Assembly (NCBI GenBank): GCA_965112735.1
Contig: OZ218951.1
Location: forward strand, 1,240,001 to 1,304,000
Direction of reading: 5' to 3'
DNA length: 64,000 bases
From: Phaeosaccion multiseriatum
Lineage: Eukaryota > Protista > Ochrophyta, other classes
Part shown: positions 1 through 12,579 of the stretch, in pieces
How positions within the stretch are numbered: the first letter of the stretch is position 1
Layout: every line of letters starts with the position of its first letter
The notes under the pieces: model-generated
Databases searched by the model: none
Seen by the model: only the letters and a program-made list of their open reading frames with translations
What the model was told of the DNA's origin: nothing
Position numbers and translations under genes: made by a program

Positions 1-236
1 AGGACACGCTCAGGGCCAAGGTCTTTCGCCATCTCCAGCACGTTCCGGCACATGTGTGCTTCCGACAATGCGCTGCTACGCTCATCTTCGTCACCTTCGT
101 AGAGGCCCGTGACAAGATCTGGTGGGCAGTAGGGTGGAATGTCCGTGTTCCACCCGTGCAGGTGGTGAGCGAGGTAGTCGACCACGCGAACCACCCCACT
201 GAAAGTCTCTTGCAGTATAGCAATAGTGGGGTCCAT
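1..236 (-). CDS. 5' part of a gene running off the left edge (MDPTIAILQETFSGVVRVVDYLAHHL...); product unknown
   Basis: ATG at 236, then 78 stop-free codons of normal-complexity sequence to the window edge. It is absent from the ORF track because it has no stop in the window. It is divergent from the gene at 687. Confidence 0.55.
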   Translation of the reverse strand, partial: MDPTIAILQETFSGVVRVVDYLAHHLHGWNTDIPPYCPPDLVTGLYEGDEDERSSALSEAHMCRNVLEMAKDLGPERV

Positions 237-686
237 TTGCTTTTTGCGATGGGAAAGACCTTGTTGTGTGTTCAAGTCGCGCTGCTCCAGTCGGCGGCAA
301 GCCTAGCCACGGCCGCACCAGCCCCGAAGCTCACGCACATGAATGGGGCGACAATTCTAACGATATCGCCCCACCCTGGGGTCTCTTTCGCTCTCTCCTG
401 AATATAAAAGGTCTCAAGGTCTCGAAAAAAGGAAAAAAAATGAGTGAGTAAGTCATTCACATAAAACGGAAACTTATTCACATAAAACGGAAACTGAAAC
501 TGAAACGCCATTTCCCCCCCTTCCGCCCTACAGTATTGCCTCTGATAGGGAAGCGATGGCCCTTACCGGCGGCCCAGGAGACTGTTGTGGCGACAGATCT
601 CTTGGCTGCTGCTGATAACTCAATCGGACGGAGAGGGAAGGGAGAGGCAAGCATGCAAAGAGAGCAAAAAAATAGAAGGAGATAGT
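237..686. promoter_or_regulatory. Putative bidirectional promoter containing a direct repeat (ATTCACATAAAACGGAAACT x2, 21-bp period, 455-495) followed by (GAAACT)n
   Basis: AT-richer gap between two divergent ATGs; the repeat is read directly from the sequence. Confidence 0.45.
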
Positions 687-3600
687 ATGGAGGAGCCAGC
701 GACAGAGACTCCTTTTTCGGCATTCTTGCACCATGAGGAGAGGCCGGACGGAGACCGCTCTGTGTGGATGGCCTCCCTCCAGTGGAGGCAGAAGCGGAAG
801 CTCCACAGTCGAGGAAGCGGCAAGGAGGGAGAGTACGACAGTGGCCCAGCCACTCGAGGCAGCAGCAGCAAAACACAGCCATTTCCTGCTGCAACAGCGA
901 CGAGTAAGGGGTTGCTTTCCCGTGGCTTCCAACCGCTTCCAGATTCCCACCCTACCACTCCCGCGGCCACTTGTGCCGACGCCCTCGCCTATGTGGAGTC
1001 GGCCCTGCTGGCGACGAGTTGGGGAGGGCTGGCACAAGACGACTACAAAGGCACCCTCTCAAGAAGGCCTGACCTGGCTGGCTCTGGCACGCAAACCCTG
1101 GATCTTTGCCATCATCATCAACATCAGCACCAATCTCAGCGCCAGCAGCGTCACACCCGGGGCGAGGAGGACGAGGAGGACGAGGAGGATATTGGGTCAG
1201 GTCCATCGGGGTGGGTGGACCGAGCTCGGCCGAAGACTGTCTCTTTTGCACCCTCGGACGTGATTTACCATCTCGATGATGACCTTGTGTGGGGCAGGTT
1301 TGGGAAGAAGAAGAAGAAGAAGAAGGAGAAGAAGGAAGAAGAAGGAGTGGGAGGAGGAGCAAGTGCGGACGGATTGCAGGAAGAAAGGATTGGGAAACGG
1401 GACGAAGAAGAAGCAGCGGGCAGGGGAAGGGGGAGACGAAGGAGGAGTGGTGGCCCTCCTTCGCTCACGCACAGGAGGCGGCGACCGCAAAGTTGCTTGG
1501 ATGGAGGCGCGGCCTCGGCCATACTGAGGCGATCTCAGAGCAACATGTTCGATTCACCTTACAGCCCGCCACGCTCGTCTCGTGCCTCTTCTGTCCTCGG
1601 CAGCACTAGCACCACCACCTTGAGGGGGAACAACACCCGCACATCCAGCAGTAATTCAAGTAGTTGTTGTGGTGGTGGTGGTGGTGGTGGCAGGAGCAGC
1701 AGAGAGAGGGAGAGTCGGACCGAAGCAGCAGCCGAGGACGCGGAGGCTGTCCAGCGACTGTTGCTACCCACGTTACAGTGGACCCTTGGCGCAGCATCAC
1801 CCGCTCCTGCCGCTGATGGTGGTGGGATGGCGGAAAGCAGTGGTGGTGGTGGTGGCAGAGAGGGGGGGCGGGGTGTGGAGGGGCTTGGTGGGACGAGTAG
1901 TAGCAGAGGCGGTAGTGGCAGCAGGGAAAGCAGTAGCAGCAGAAAGAGCAAGAGGAAGAGGCCGAGGTCGGCCGAACAAGTCATGCTTTGGCGCATTCGC
2001 CACGACAACGACGACGTCGAGGAGGGGAAGGAGGAGGAAGGAGAGAAGGAGGACGAGGACGCGAACGAGGATGAGGGAGAGGAAGCAGTGGCTGAGAAGG
2101 TCAAACGTCGCGCAGGAAGAGGGCGAGAAGCAGAGATAGAGCCCCCTGCGGCTGCGGGTGGAGGCACAACAGCAGCAGACGGCCCCGCCGCCGCAGCAGC
2201 AACAGCAGCAGCAGCAGTTGGTGGGACTTCGTCGTTGGAGAACAAAAGCGAGAAGAAGAGGGACCTCATGCTGCGGCCCCGATCGCGGATGCTGGGCCTG
2301 CCTCCGAGGGACCACATGGAAGACCTGCTGCAAGATCTGCACGTACGTACAGTACCGATTAGTGGGTGGGTATGGACGGGTCTGGATTATTGACTGCGCG
2401 TGGGCCATTTGACGTATATATGGAGGCGTGCACGCATGCACGTTGCCCAACAACGGAGCGATCACTCTCTACTGTTGTGCTTTCTTTTGAGGTCTACAGT
2501 CCTTCCCCCCTCCCTCTCCCTCCTCCTCTCCCTCCTCCTCTCCCTCCTCCTCTCCTTCTCCCCCTCCTTCTCCCCCTGCCTCTCCCTCTCCCTCTCCCCC
2601 TCCCTCTCCTCTCCCTCTCCATCTCCCTCTCCTCTCCCTCGCCCTCTTCTCTCTCCCTTTCCTTCTCCCTCTTCCTCTCCCTCTCCCTCTCCCTCTCCCT
2701 CTCCCTCTCCCTCTCCCTCTCCCTCTCCCCCTCCCTCTCCCTCTCCTTCTCCCCCTCCCTCTCCTCTCCCTCTCCATCTCCCTCTCCTCTCCCTCGCCCT
2801 CTTCTCTCTCCCTTTCCTTCTCCCTCTTCCTCTCCCTCTCCCTCTCCCTCTCCCTCTCCCTCTCCCTCTCCCTCTCCTTTCCCTCCCCTCTCCCCCTCAC
2901 TCACTCCCTCCCTCCCTCCCTCTCTCCCTCCCTCTCTCCCTCCCCCCATCCCCCTCTTCCTCTCTCCCCCCTCTCATACCTACTCCCCTCCCTCCCTCCC
3001 CCCATCCCCCTCTTCCTCTCTCCGTCCCTCTCTTACGTACTCCCCTCCTTCCCTCCCTCCCTCCTCGCCCAATAACTACTTTAAACCGCTACCTGGCGTC
3101 AGGACCACCGCACGGCGCTGCTGAGACCCGCAAGTGAGTGTCGCGACCGACCACGCCGGACTCTGACTGCCCCGACTAACGCCGTGCAGTGGCCAGCAGT
3201 TGGTGATACAGCAGCAGATGGCGAGCAGGACAAGAGGCAGGAAGAGGAGCCAGTGGTCTTCACCCTCAGCGCAGCATTGGAGACGATGCAGCGTCTGGAT
3301 TCGAGCGACCCCACCGCCCCTTCTCCTCTCCCGACTGGAGGACTGCCTCTCAAGGAGGAGGACTCTTTACTGCACTACCAAGGATGGAAGCGGGACGCAC
3401 GCACCCATGTGCAGCGGCAGCCCTATCCGGCGGTGGCGAGAGTGTTCACCGGTGACAAACGAAGCGCGACGGCGAATTCGAACTACCAACCGCTGCAGGA
3501 GGAAGGAGGAGCTGGGCCTAGGGGATGGGGGGGTTGGAACGGCAGAGGGGACAAGGCAGAGGGTGGAGCTGGAGGCAGAGCGGCCACTGCTGCGGCTGCT

Positions 3601-5308
3601 GTTGGTCGGCCTGAAGGCGTGTTGGTGATGGAGGCAATGCATCGCCAGACTGTGAGACTGGACAGAGAGTCGGGAGAAGCAGCGCTGGGGCAAGACATTA
3701 TCCTGGCGCTGGATGACGTGTGGGGTGTGGATCTGCCTCAAGTACGACCGATGGAGCTTCACATCCCTCACCTGCGCAAACGGGAGGATCTCATCCCTTT
3801 GATGCCTTGCCAGGTCAAGAGAGCGCAGACAAGTGGTGTGCTGGACAACCCGCGCTTCGCTGTGCCGCCTCTGCTGGACCGAAAGGCGAGCCCACTTGAG
3901 ATGTTTGCCAGGAGGAGGGGTTATGCTCCTCCTGCTGTATCACCAACTGCTACTGCTGCTAGCGGTGGTGCTCCTGACGCCCTTGACGATGAAGGCGGAA
4001 CCGGTGGCAAGAAGCGGCGTTGGCGAAGGTGCCGTTTCCTGCAGAAGGGCATCTCCACTCGGAAGATGGAGTGGTCGGCGGCGGACCAAAGCATGCTCAC
4101 CAATGTGGTGCTGTGGAGGGGCTTTCGCCTCGTGAGCAAGACTTTTGTGCTCGTCACCATCAAAGGTGGGCGGGACGGAGGAGAAGAGAGGAAAGGAATA
4201 AACAGGACAGCCTGGAAGCTTCTTCCCTCGCTTGTCTAGCGAACAGAGAGGGAACAACCCTGCGCTGTTCCAGAGCCTCCAGCAAGCAAGCAAGCAGCCA
4301 GCATCTACTGTGGCCCCTGACACCCTGCCCCTTCCCCCATATCCCGTACCCCCCCACTCCCCCCCCCATCCGCATCCACTGCCATCCACTGCCATCCATC
4401 CACCCGCACCCACATCACACTCCAATCAGGGCTGGGCATGTTCGGGCGAGTCTCTGTGGAGGGAGGAGGGCATCACCCCCGCGCCTTGCAGATCGAGGCC
4501 TACAGCGTGGAATCAAGCCGGACATACACGCTGAGGCTGGGTGTTGACTCAATTGCAGGGCTTTACCAACACCACACTGACAAGGTAGGTGGTGTACAAG
4601 GGATAAGAGGCATATGGGTGGCAGGCGGGTGAGGCGGGGAGGTCGTTTCAGTTTCAGTTTCAGTTTCCGACTCCTTTGCTCGACACACTCCCATGCCTCG
4701 ACACTCCTTCCCTCAGCCTTCCTTTTCTGACACTCCTTTCCTCCCGCTCCTTCTTCCCTCCATACTCCTTCGCTCCACACTCCGCTTACTCACTGCGACA
4801 CACCTTAGCTCAAGGCGGGACTGAAGGCGGACCTGCTCGAAGACCTGAGCCGTATGCTTGTCTTCAGCTACAAGATAAGACGCGAGGTGGCTGGATCCAG
4901 CTCCTCTGTGGCCGGAAAGGAGGAGTCCACGACAAGCATCACGAGGCGCTATTACGACAGAGAAGCCTGGACGTGCCTCAGGTATGTGGTGTACGTAAGG
5001 TTATGTATGTCTGTAAGACTATGTGGGGAAAGAGGGGGTGGGCGGGGGGTGCTGAGAAGCGAGGAAGAAAGGACATGTGGGGAGGGGGGGAGGGAGGGAG
5101 GGAGGAAGGAATGAATGAATGAAGGAAGGAAGGAAAGAGAAAGATGTTATTGGAGGCATTTTGAGACAGACGCTCATTCCCACCCCCTCCTCCCTTTTTC
5201 CTTCCCTCCCTCCTTCCCTCCCTCGCTCCATCCATCCCTCCCTCCCTCCCTCCCTCCCTCCCTCCCTCCCTCCCTCCCACCCTCCCTCTCTCCCTCCCAC
5301 CCATCTAT

Positions 5309-5342
<34 letters not shown>

Positions 5343-6935
5343 CTCCCTCCCTCTCTCCCTCCCTCCCACAGAAACCTCCGCCCGGAGGACATGGACTTCA
5401 AGTGGGAAGATTGGGACATCGGAATGGACACACTCGGCAGCGACACCGCGAGTCTGTGCGGGTCCGTCAGCTCTTCCGTCAGCGGCGGCGGTGGGAGGGG
5501 GCGTCTGACGCTAGCAGAGAAGTTGGAGAAGCAGGCGCAGATGTACGAGCAGCGAACGAAAGAGCAGCGAACGAAAGACGATTGGTCTAAGCTCGGCGAG
5601 GGGGTGGCGGAGGAAGATGAGGATATTAGTTTTGGTGAGGAGGAGGAGGATGAGGAGGAGGAGGAGGAGGAGGAGGAGGAAGAGGAGGAGGAGGAGGAGG
5701 AGGAGGAGGATGAGGAGGAGGAGGAGGGGATTGCGGAAAAAGAGGGTGAGCATTGGGCAGCGGGAGGCACGCTTGGAGGGGGGCCTCTTGCTTCAAGGAT
5801 GCCTGCTGCGGACGCCCTGAACAACAACGCGGGTGGTGTGAAGACGGGATGGGGCGACGCAGGAGGGCTCCACGGAGGGCTGGAGGGAAGAAGCAGAGGG
5901 AGGAGGGGGAAGAGGAGGAGGAGCAGGAGGAGGGGGATGAGAGGGAGGAGTCAGAATAGAGATAGAGGAGGGGTCTGTGTGTTTCTGTCCCACCTCCTCG
6001 TCACGGGCCTGAGAGTAGTGTCAGAGGGTGGCAGGGAGGGTGGTGAGGGTGGTGAGGGTGGTGAGGGTGGTGAGGGTGGTGAGGGTGGTGAAGGTGAGGT
6101 CACCTCCGTCACAGCTATTCCTCCTTCTTCGACTACTGCTACTACTGCTTCTCCTTCTTCTCCATCTCCAAGCGTGTATGTGTATGTGGTGCTTCTCTGG
6201 AGGGGGCAGTCTTGCCGCACATCCTCTGTGGCTCTTCACGACGGCACCGCTTCGTGGAGTCAAGAGGGAAGGGAGCTCTCGCTGCAAGTGCTGTATTCGG
6301 AACAAGCTCAGCAACAAGGGAATGTCGAGGTCGATATAGATGTCGATGTCGAAGAAGCGTACGACGAGGAGGAGGGGGAGGAGGAGGAGGAGGAGGAGGA
6401 GGAGGAGGGGGAAGAGGGGTGGGAGGGGGGGGAGCAAGTGTCTGATTCGAACGTGATGGATGAGGATGTGAGGGTGGAGGTGTGGGTGGACCACCAAGGT
6501 ACCGATAAAGCGGATGAAATGTGTAGCGAGGGGCACTTGGGAATGTGGGACATCGGGATAGAGCCAACACCATCGGCACCATCGGCACGATCATCACTGC
6601 TTGCACTTGGGCAGCAGGCAAGGGGAGGGGAAGGAGGAGAGCGGGGGGACGATGGCAGTGGAAGGCATGCCTTTGGCGACGCTGGGGAGGAGCAGGGGGG
6701 GGAGGAGAAGGAGAAGAAGGAAGTGCTGAAGATGGTGAACTTGTACCAGTGGACAAGAGGAGGAGGAAGGGGAGGAGTTGAGCCCGCCACCCCCGCCGAG
6801 AGGGAGAGGGCAGGTACACTCATGATGGATGTCACAGCATTGGCAGTGCCCGTAGTGACGGGAGGAGGAGGAGGAGGAGGAGGGGGGAGGGGAACGGCAG
6901 TGACGGGAGCCACCACGACGGCGTTTTCGGCGGGC

Positions 6936-6984
<49 letters not shown>

Positions 6985-9900
6985 ACGAGAGCGACGGCGC
7001 AGTGGAGGAGGGGCGGAGAAGCGTTTTCGGCGAAAAGGAAACGGACGATGGAGAGCCACTACAGACCACTCCTTGCGGTGCAGGGAGTGGCAACATCATC
7101 ATCAACAAGGACAACGATGGCGACGACAGTAATAATAGCGGAGACAGCAGGAGCAACAGTGGAGGGAGAAGAGGCACTGACGGGAGTGATGCTGACCTTG
7201 GCTCCGCTCTCACGCTTCCTCCCCTGGCTACTGCGGCCGTAGACAACCTTGTCCACCTCCAGCACCCCCACCAAGTGGACGACCGGGCCGTCTTTATCGC
7301 TCTTCGTTTGGGGATCGATCCCTCGTTGGGACTGCCCCCGGAGGGCAAGTGGCTTTCCCCTGGGGCTATTCGTATGACCGTGTTTGAGCAGAAGGTGGAA
7401 ACCTTGCGTCGGTTGAAATGGCAATTGGAGGCGGAGAGTCGGGCCAGGAGAGAGGCCTTCTTCGCCACTCCGAAGCGGCTGAGAGGGTTGGTGATGGCGA
7501 GGGGCGTCGTCATTTGTGGGTTTCACTTGGTGGCGACTGTGTATGAGGTGAGGAGCAAGCAGGAGGAGAATGAGGAGGAGGGAGGGAGGAGGGAGGGAGG
7601 AGACGGGGGGCTCGAAAACTCCCCCTTTCCACTCTTTGAATCAATCACACTCACCCCCCCTCTCCTCTTCCTCCTCTCCTCTCCTCCGCCCAACCAATTC
7701 GTCCTGCACTCGCATCCCCAATGTCATCCGCTGCCATCTACTGCCGTTCATCCACTGCCATCCCCTTCCATCCCCTGCACCTATCCACCGATGATGATCC
7801 ACTGCCATCCACTGCCGTCCACAACCACCCCCCTCCCCCCCCATCCCCCACTGTCCACAGCCTGCCGACCGTCTGGGAACCTTCAATCTGAAGCTGTACC
7901 ACCCCGGTATGGGGGGCCTGCTCACTCTCCAGATAGGGGCTCACTTAATCACGCAGGCACTGCCGCATGTTACCACAGTGTGTGCCAAGTGGACGCGTCG
8001 CCAGAAAGCCGCCTACCTGTTTGAGTTTCTCACCTCTACACGTTTGACTTGCGTGCTTACTCGCACGGAGAAGGAGGAAGAGGGGGAGGAGGAGGAGGAG
8101 GAAGAGGAGGAAGAGGAGGAAGAGGAGGAAGAGGAGGAAGAGGAGGAAGAGGAGGAAGAGGAGGAAGAGGAGGAAGAGGAGGAAGAGGAGGAAGAGGAGG
8201 AGAAGGAGGGAACGAAGGAGAGGAAGGAGGAGCAGCAGCAGCAGCAGCAAGGAGAGAGTTTCGACGTGGAGTACAGGCGATACGAAAGTAGCGGTAGCGG
8301 CAGCGGTACAAGAGGGAGGAAGCGCCGCCTCCACGAGTGGGACTTCAGCGCCCTTCAAGTCATGCGACACACACACGAGTCACGCACTGGCCCCAACTGC
8401 CCCAGAATGGCTCTCGAACCCCCAAGAATACCCACTCCCTGTAAGCGCTATCAGCTGCTCCAGCGCGACATACTGCGGCCCCGCAGTCTCTTCCGCTGGC
8501 AGGAAACGCCCGTGCCTCCTCCCGGGCACCCCGACTCGGTGTCCTCGAAGCAGCAGCAGGCGCAGAACGAGGTACGTTCGTGGGTTCTTTCCCTTGCTTC
8601 TCTCGCTATCTCTCTGTGTGTGTATGGATGTGTGTGTGTGTGTGTCTTTCCCCCCACTTCCCCCCCTCTTCGTCTCTTCATCTCTCTCCGCCGCTCTCCC
8701 TCCCTCCCTCCCTCCCTCCCTGCCTCTAGACTACCCCTGGACACGGCGACTTTCGCCAGATGCGCGACTGGCATGCCAACCCTCACGGTTACAGAAAGTT
8801 CCACCCCCGAGCCCAGCCACGGAGGAGCTGCGGTCACGGCACTCGAGTGGCTGGAGGGGTCGCATCTGTCGGTACGGAAACGTCACATTCCCGCAGGATA
8901 GGGGTGTTTTTGATGACGTTGTGCCTTTTGAGTGCTTGCTTCGCTCTTTCCAGTTTTTTATCTGTCTATGCAAGGGAGCAAGGAGGGGACGGAAGAAGGG
9001 AAGGAGACAGAGAGGAAGGAAGGAGGGAGGGAGGGAGGGAGGGAGGCGATGAAGATCTTCTCCTTGTTATTGCACTGAGCTTTTCAGGCCGCATCCCCTC
9101 ACCCCTCTCTTAACCCTTTTCTTCAACCGTTCTCACCCACCCCCTCCTCCCCCCCCACGCCACTTACCTCCATCTCCATCACCCACCCACAGGCGGCCAG
9201 AGGGGCATATTCGCGTTTTATCGCAACATATTGGCACCAGCGGCTGAGGAGTATCGGCTTGAGGTGTATGTGCCCAAAGGATTCTCTCAAGGGAGGACCG
9301 CGTCATCACCATCACCACCATCACCACCATCACCACCATCACCACCATCATCATCATCATCAGCAGCAGCAGCAGGAGGAGGAGGAGGAGGAGGAGGAGG
9401 AGGAGGAGAAGGAGTAGAAGCAGGAGCAAGAGGAGGAGGAGGAGAAGGAGTAGAAGCAGGAGCAAGAGGAGGAGGAGGAGGCGCAGGCGCAGGAGCAGGA
9501 GCAGGAGCAGGAGCAGGCTTTGTGTCCAGCTGCACCACCTTCATCCTGACGCTTCAAATGGAGGATGTAGCTCGCATAGTGGCACTCGACACAGACGGGA
9601 AGAGACGGAAGGGTACGTGGGAGCTCTTGCGCCGCGCTCTCGAGGGATGGATGGCAGCGGATGGTAATGTCAATGGCAGTGTGTGGCATCATCAGAGCGT
9701 GAGAGGAGGAGGAGGAGGAGGAGGAGGAGGAGGAGAAGGGGGTGGAGGAGGAGGAAGGACTCCTCCTGACTGGGTGTTACGGGATGATGGCTCCAGAGTG
9801 GAGGAGGAGGGAGAGGGGGCTGCTGTATCACCAACGGCTGCGGTTCTGTGGGACGAGGTGGCAAGGTCGCTGTTGGGGCACTGCTTTTGGTGCCCCGCAT

Positions 9901-11678
9901 CAGCGGCCAAAATGACTTGTCCGCCCCTTGTGGCGGAGATTAAGGAGCAGCAGCGGTTGCAGGAGGCGGTGGAGCAAGCAGCAGTAGCAGCAGCAGCGGC
10001 CGCACTTGGAGATACACTAGCAGCAGGAGGAGGAGGAGGGAATGTGCAGCAGCAAGATCAGACCGCGGCTAAGGCAGAAGGCAGTGGACGGCTCAGTGGG
10101 TCTGTGGGAGGACCTGGGGCTGATGGTGGCGGTGCCCGAGAGTGGTATGAAGCACCTTACACACCGCTCGTGTCGGCAGCGCCCATCACGAGCGTCATTC
10201 TCGGTCAAGAGGAGGAGGACGACGAAGGGGAGGAGGAGGAGGAGGAGGAGGAGGAGGAGGAGGAGGAGGAGGAGGACGAGGAGGACGAGGAGGACGAGGA
10301 GGATGAGGAGGACGAGGAGGAGGAGGATGATGATGATGAGGAGGAGGAGGAGGAGCATGATGACGAGGACGATGATGACGACAAAGAGGGAGGAGGAGGC
10401 CTACACGGGGAGGATGGCGAGGAATCAGCTCATACAAGCAGCGGCGGCGACAATGTGGCAAGTGCGCAGCATGGCGAGGAAAGAGAGCGAGAAGAGGCTA
10501 GCACGGTGATAGACGACATGGATGCTTCAGCCGTTGGTGGTTCAGCTGCTGGTGGTTCTTCAGCGCGGGTTTATACACGACGGCAAGTGGAGATGGCGTC
10601 CGTGTTACCGCCATCACCACCACGACAAGTGCCGGAGGAGGAAACGCCGGAGGGAGAGCAGTTGGTGATACGGCCGGAGGAGGAGGAGGAGGAGGAGGAG
10701 GAGGAGGAGGAGGAGGAGGAGGAGGAGGAGGAGGAGGAGGAGGAGGAGGAGGAGGAGGAGGAGGAGCAGCTGTACTTGGCAGTGGGGACGCTTGTGATGA
10801 CACGCAGGCTGAACGTGGTGTCTATCAGAAAAGGCCATCCTGCTCCCATGACTCTCATCGCCTCTGTGCACCAGTGGCACTCCAGTGTTGTGGTGTGGTT
10901 GCTCGAGCCGGAGGGGGGAAGGCAGCTCATGGCGCCTCGAGAGGACGCGTCCTTGGATCGGGCCATGATTGCGGACTTTCACACCCAAACGGCGGAGGAG
11001 GTGGAGATGCTGCTGGAGCTCAGTTTGTCCGAGTATGTGCTCTGTGATGGTGGCGATGCGGATGCTGGCGGGGGGATGAGGAAGGAGGACGAGGAGGAGG
11101 AGGAGGAGGAGGCTGCAACCGTGAACACGAGCACGGGGAAGAAGAGGAAAGATGCCAACAGGAAGAAGAAGAACAAGAAGAGCAAAGGAGGGGCAGCGGC
11201 GGCGGATTGGTCCATCAAGGTGTCGTCGGACAACGACCCCGAAATTTCAATGGAGTACGACATGGATGCCTATGAAAGGGCAGCTGAAGTGGCTCGTGAA
11301 ACGGCAACGAAGAAGGTCCGGGGCAGGCTGGAGAACAATCTTAAGGCGGGGGAGGAGGTGCGTAAAGCTCTCGCTGTGGAGCAAGAGCAACGTAAGGCCA
11401 AGGAAGAGAGGAAGAAGAAGATGGTGGAGTTGAAGCTGGTGGCAGGGGCGAAACTGGACGGGGATAGCAGTGGTCATGAAGAGGAGGAGGAGGAGGAGGA
11501 GGAGGAGAGCGAAATCGAGAGCGAGAGGGAGTGGGAGGGAGACTCGGCGGAGGAAGAAGACGACGAGGACGACGATGATGGCGATGATGACGACGACGAC
11601 GAGGATGAGGAGGAGGAGGAGGAGGAGGAGGAGGAGGAGGAGGACTCTAGCCACGATGACGAGGTAGATGAGGAATGA
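687..11678 (+). CDS. Very large multi-exon protein (~2,820 aa) with a degenerate C2-like domain, about 4 copies of an unassigned beta-rich module, and long acidic/Gly/Ala low-complexity tracts
   Basis: Exons 687-2342, 3190-4165, 4430-4584, 4809-4981, 5372-7547, 7861-8571, 8730-8871, 9193-11678. All introns are GT-AG with consistent phases; total 8,475 nt = 2,825 codons. C2-like segment: VYVVLLWRGQSCRTSSV...ASW...VRVEVWVDHQGTDKADEMCSEG. Confidence 0.75.
2510..3065 (+). repeat. Intronic polypyrimidine (CTCTCC)n tract containing a ~155-bp direct duplication (about 2601-2755 and 2756-2880)
   Basis: The non-periodic core CTCCATCTCC(C)CTCTCCTCTCCCTCGCCCTCTTCTCTCTCCCTTTCCTTC appears twice. Confidence 0.85.
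8086..8200 (+). repeat. Coding (GAGGAGGAA)n poly-Glu repeat
   Basis: Near-perfect 9-bp periodicity. Confidence 0.9.
10677..10766 (+). repeat. Coding (GAG)30 poly-Glu microsatellite
   Basis: Uninterrupted GAG run. Confidence 0.9.
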
Positions 11679-12579
11679 CTAGTGACTTATGCTTCTGCTG
11701 GTTCTTGCTACAGCGGCTGTCTCTCACGCAAGAAAAGTTCGAAGCAGGGAGGGGCGATCTGAAACTCACGCCGGTGAAAACCATTCCGTGAAGGGATCCA
11801 CAACTCCCTTGGCGGCAACGACGTGTAGGTCTATGGCAACAAAATCATCGCATGCTCTACATAAACAAAGTGGTTCCTACTTGGCTACTTGCTAAAACTA
11901 AACCATCTCTCGGGATGTTTCCAGACTGCAAGACAATCGTCAGTCCACACCCCCTCCTCGTCGCACGTCCGCCCCCCTCCACACCTTATCCTCCTCCTTC
12001 TCCTCTTTCTCATCCTTCTCTCGTAGTCAGCCTTCATCCGTGGGGATCCTGGTCAAGGGAAAGCCTTGCGTATTCCCGAGGGGGCGGGGTGAGTGAGCTC
12101 CACACGACCGGCCACGCACCACCTCCTCCTCCTCCGCCTCCCCTCCTTTCTCCTCCGCCTCCCCTCCTTCTCATCCGCCTCCGTACGTCTACGAAGCCTT
12201 GTGCTCCTCTCCTCGCAGCAAATCAATTGCCCTGTGCCATCAATCGCACACATCCAGGCCTCCTCACCGCAGCTCCACCACACCAGCCCATCAGCAGCGC
12301 CAGGATAAATCCATCGCAGCCCGCGGAGGGGAACAAGACAGCTGGGCGTGGCGGGTGACCACTACCTCACCCCCCCCCCTCCTCCTCCCCTGCCTCCTTA
12401 TCTTGCCCATCCAAGAAGCTAAGCGCCCGCGTCTTCCTTCTGCTCTGCTCATCCAAGTCGCGAAATGCCCCCGAACATACAATATTTCGACGGCCCTCCC
12501 CTCACTCCCCCCCCCCTCCACAGGTACCGCACCCTCCCCAGCGCACGCTGCTTGCCTGGGCCTGGGCCAAGCACTTCAA

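Noticed and set aside
2366-3137. Long Pro/Ser/Leu ORFs and their antisense partners
   Set aside because: Stop-free translations of an intronic pyrimidine repeat.
3935-3949. TATCACC resemblance to a lambda operator half-site
   Set aside because: No paired half-site at the correct spacing and a eukaryotic context; coincidental.
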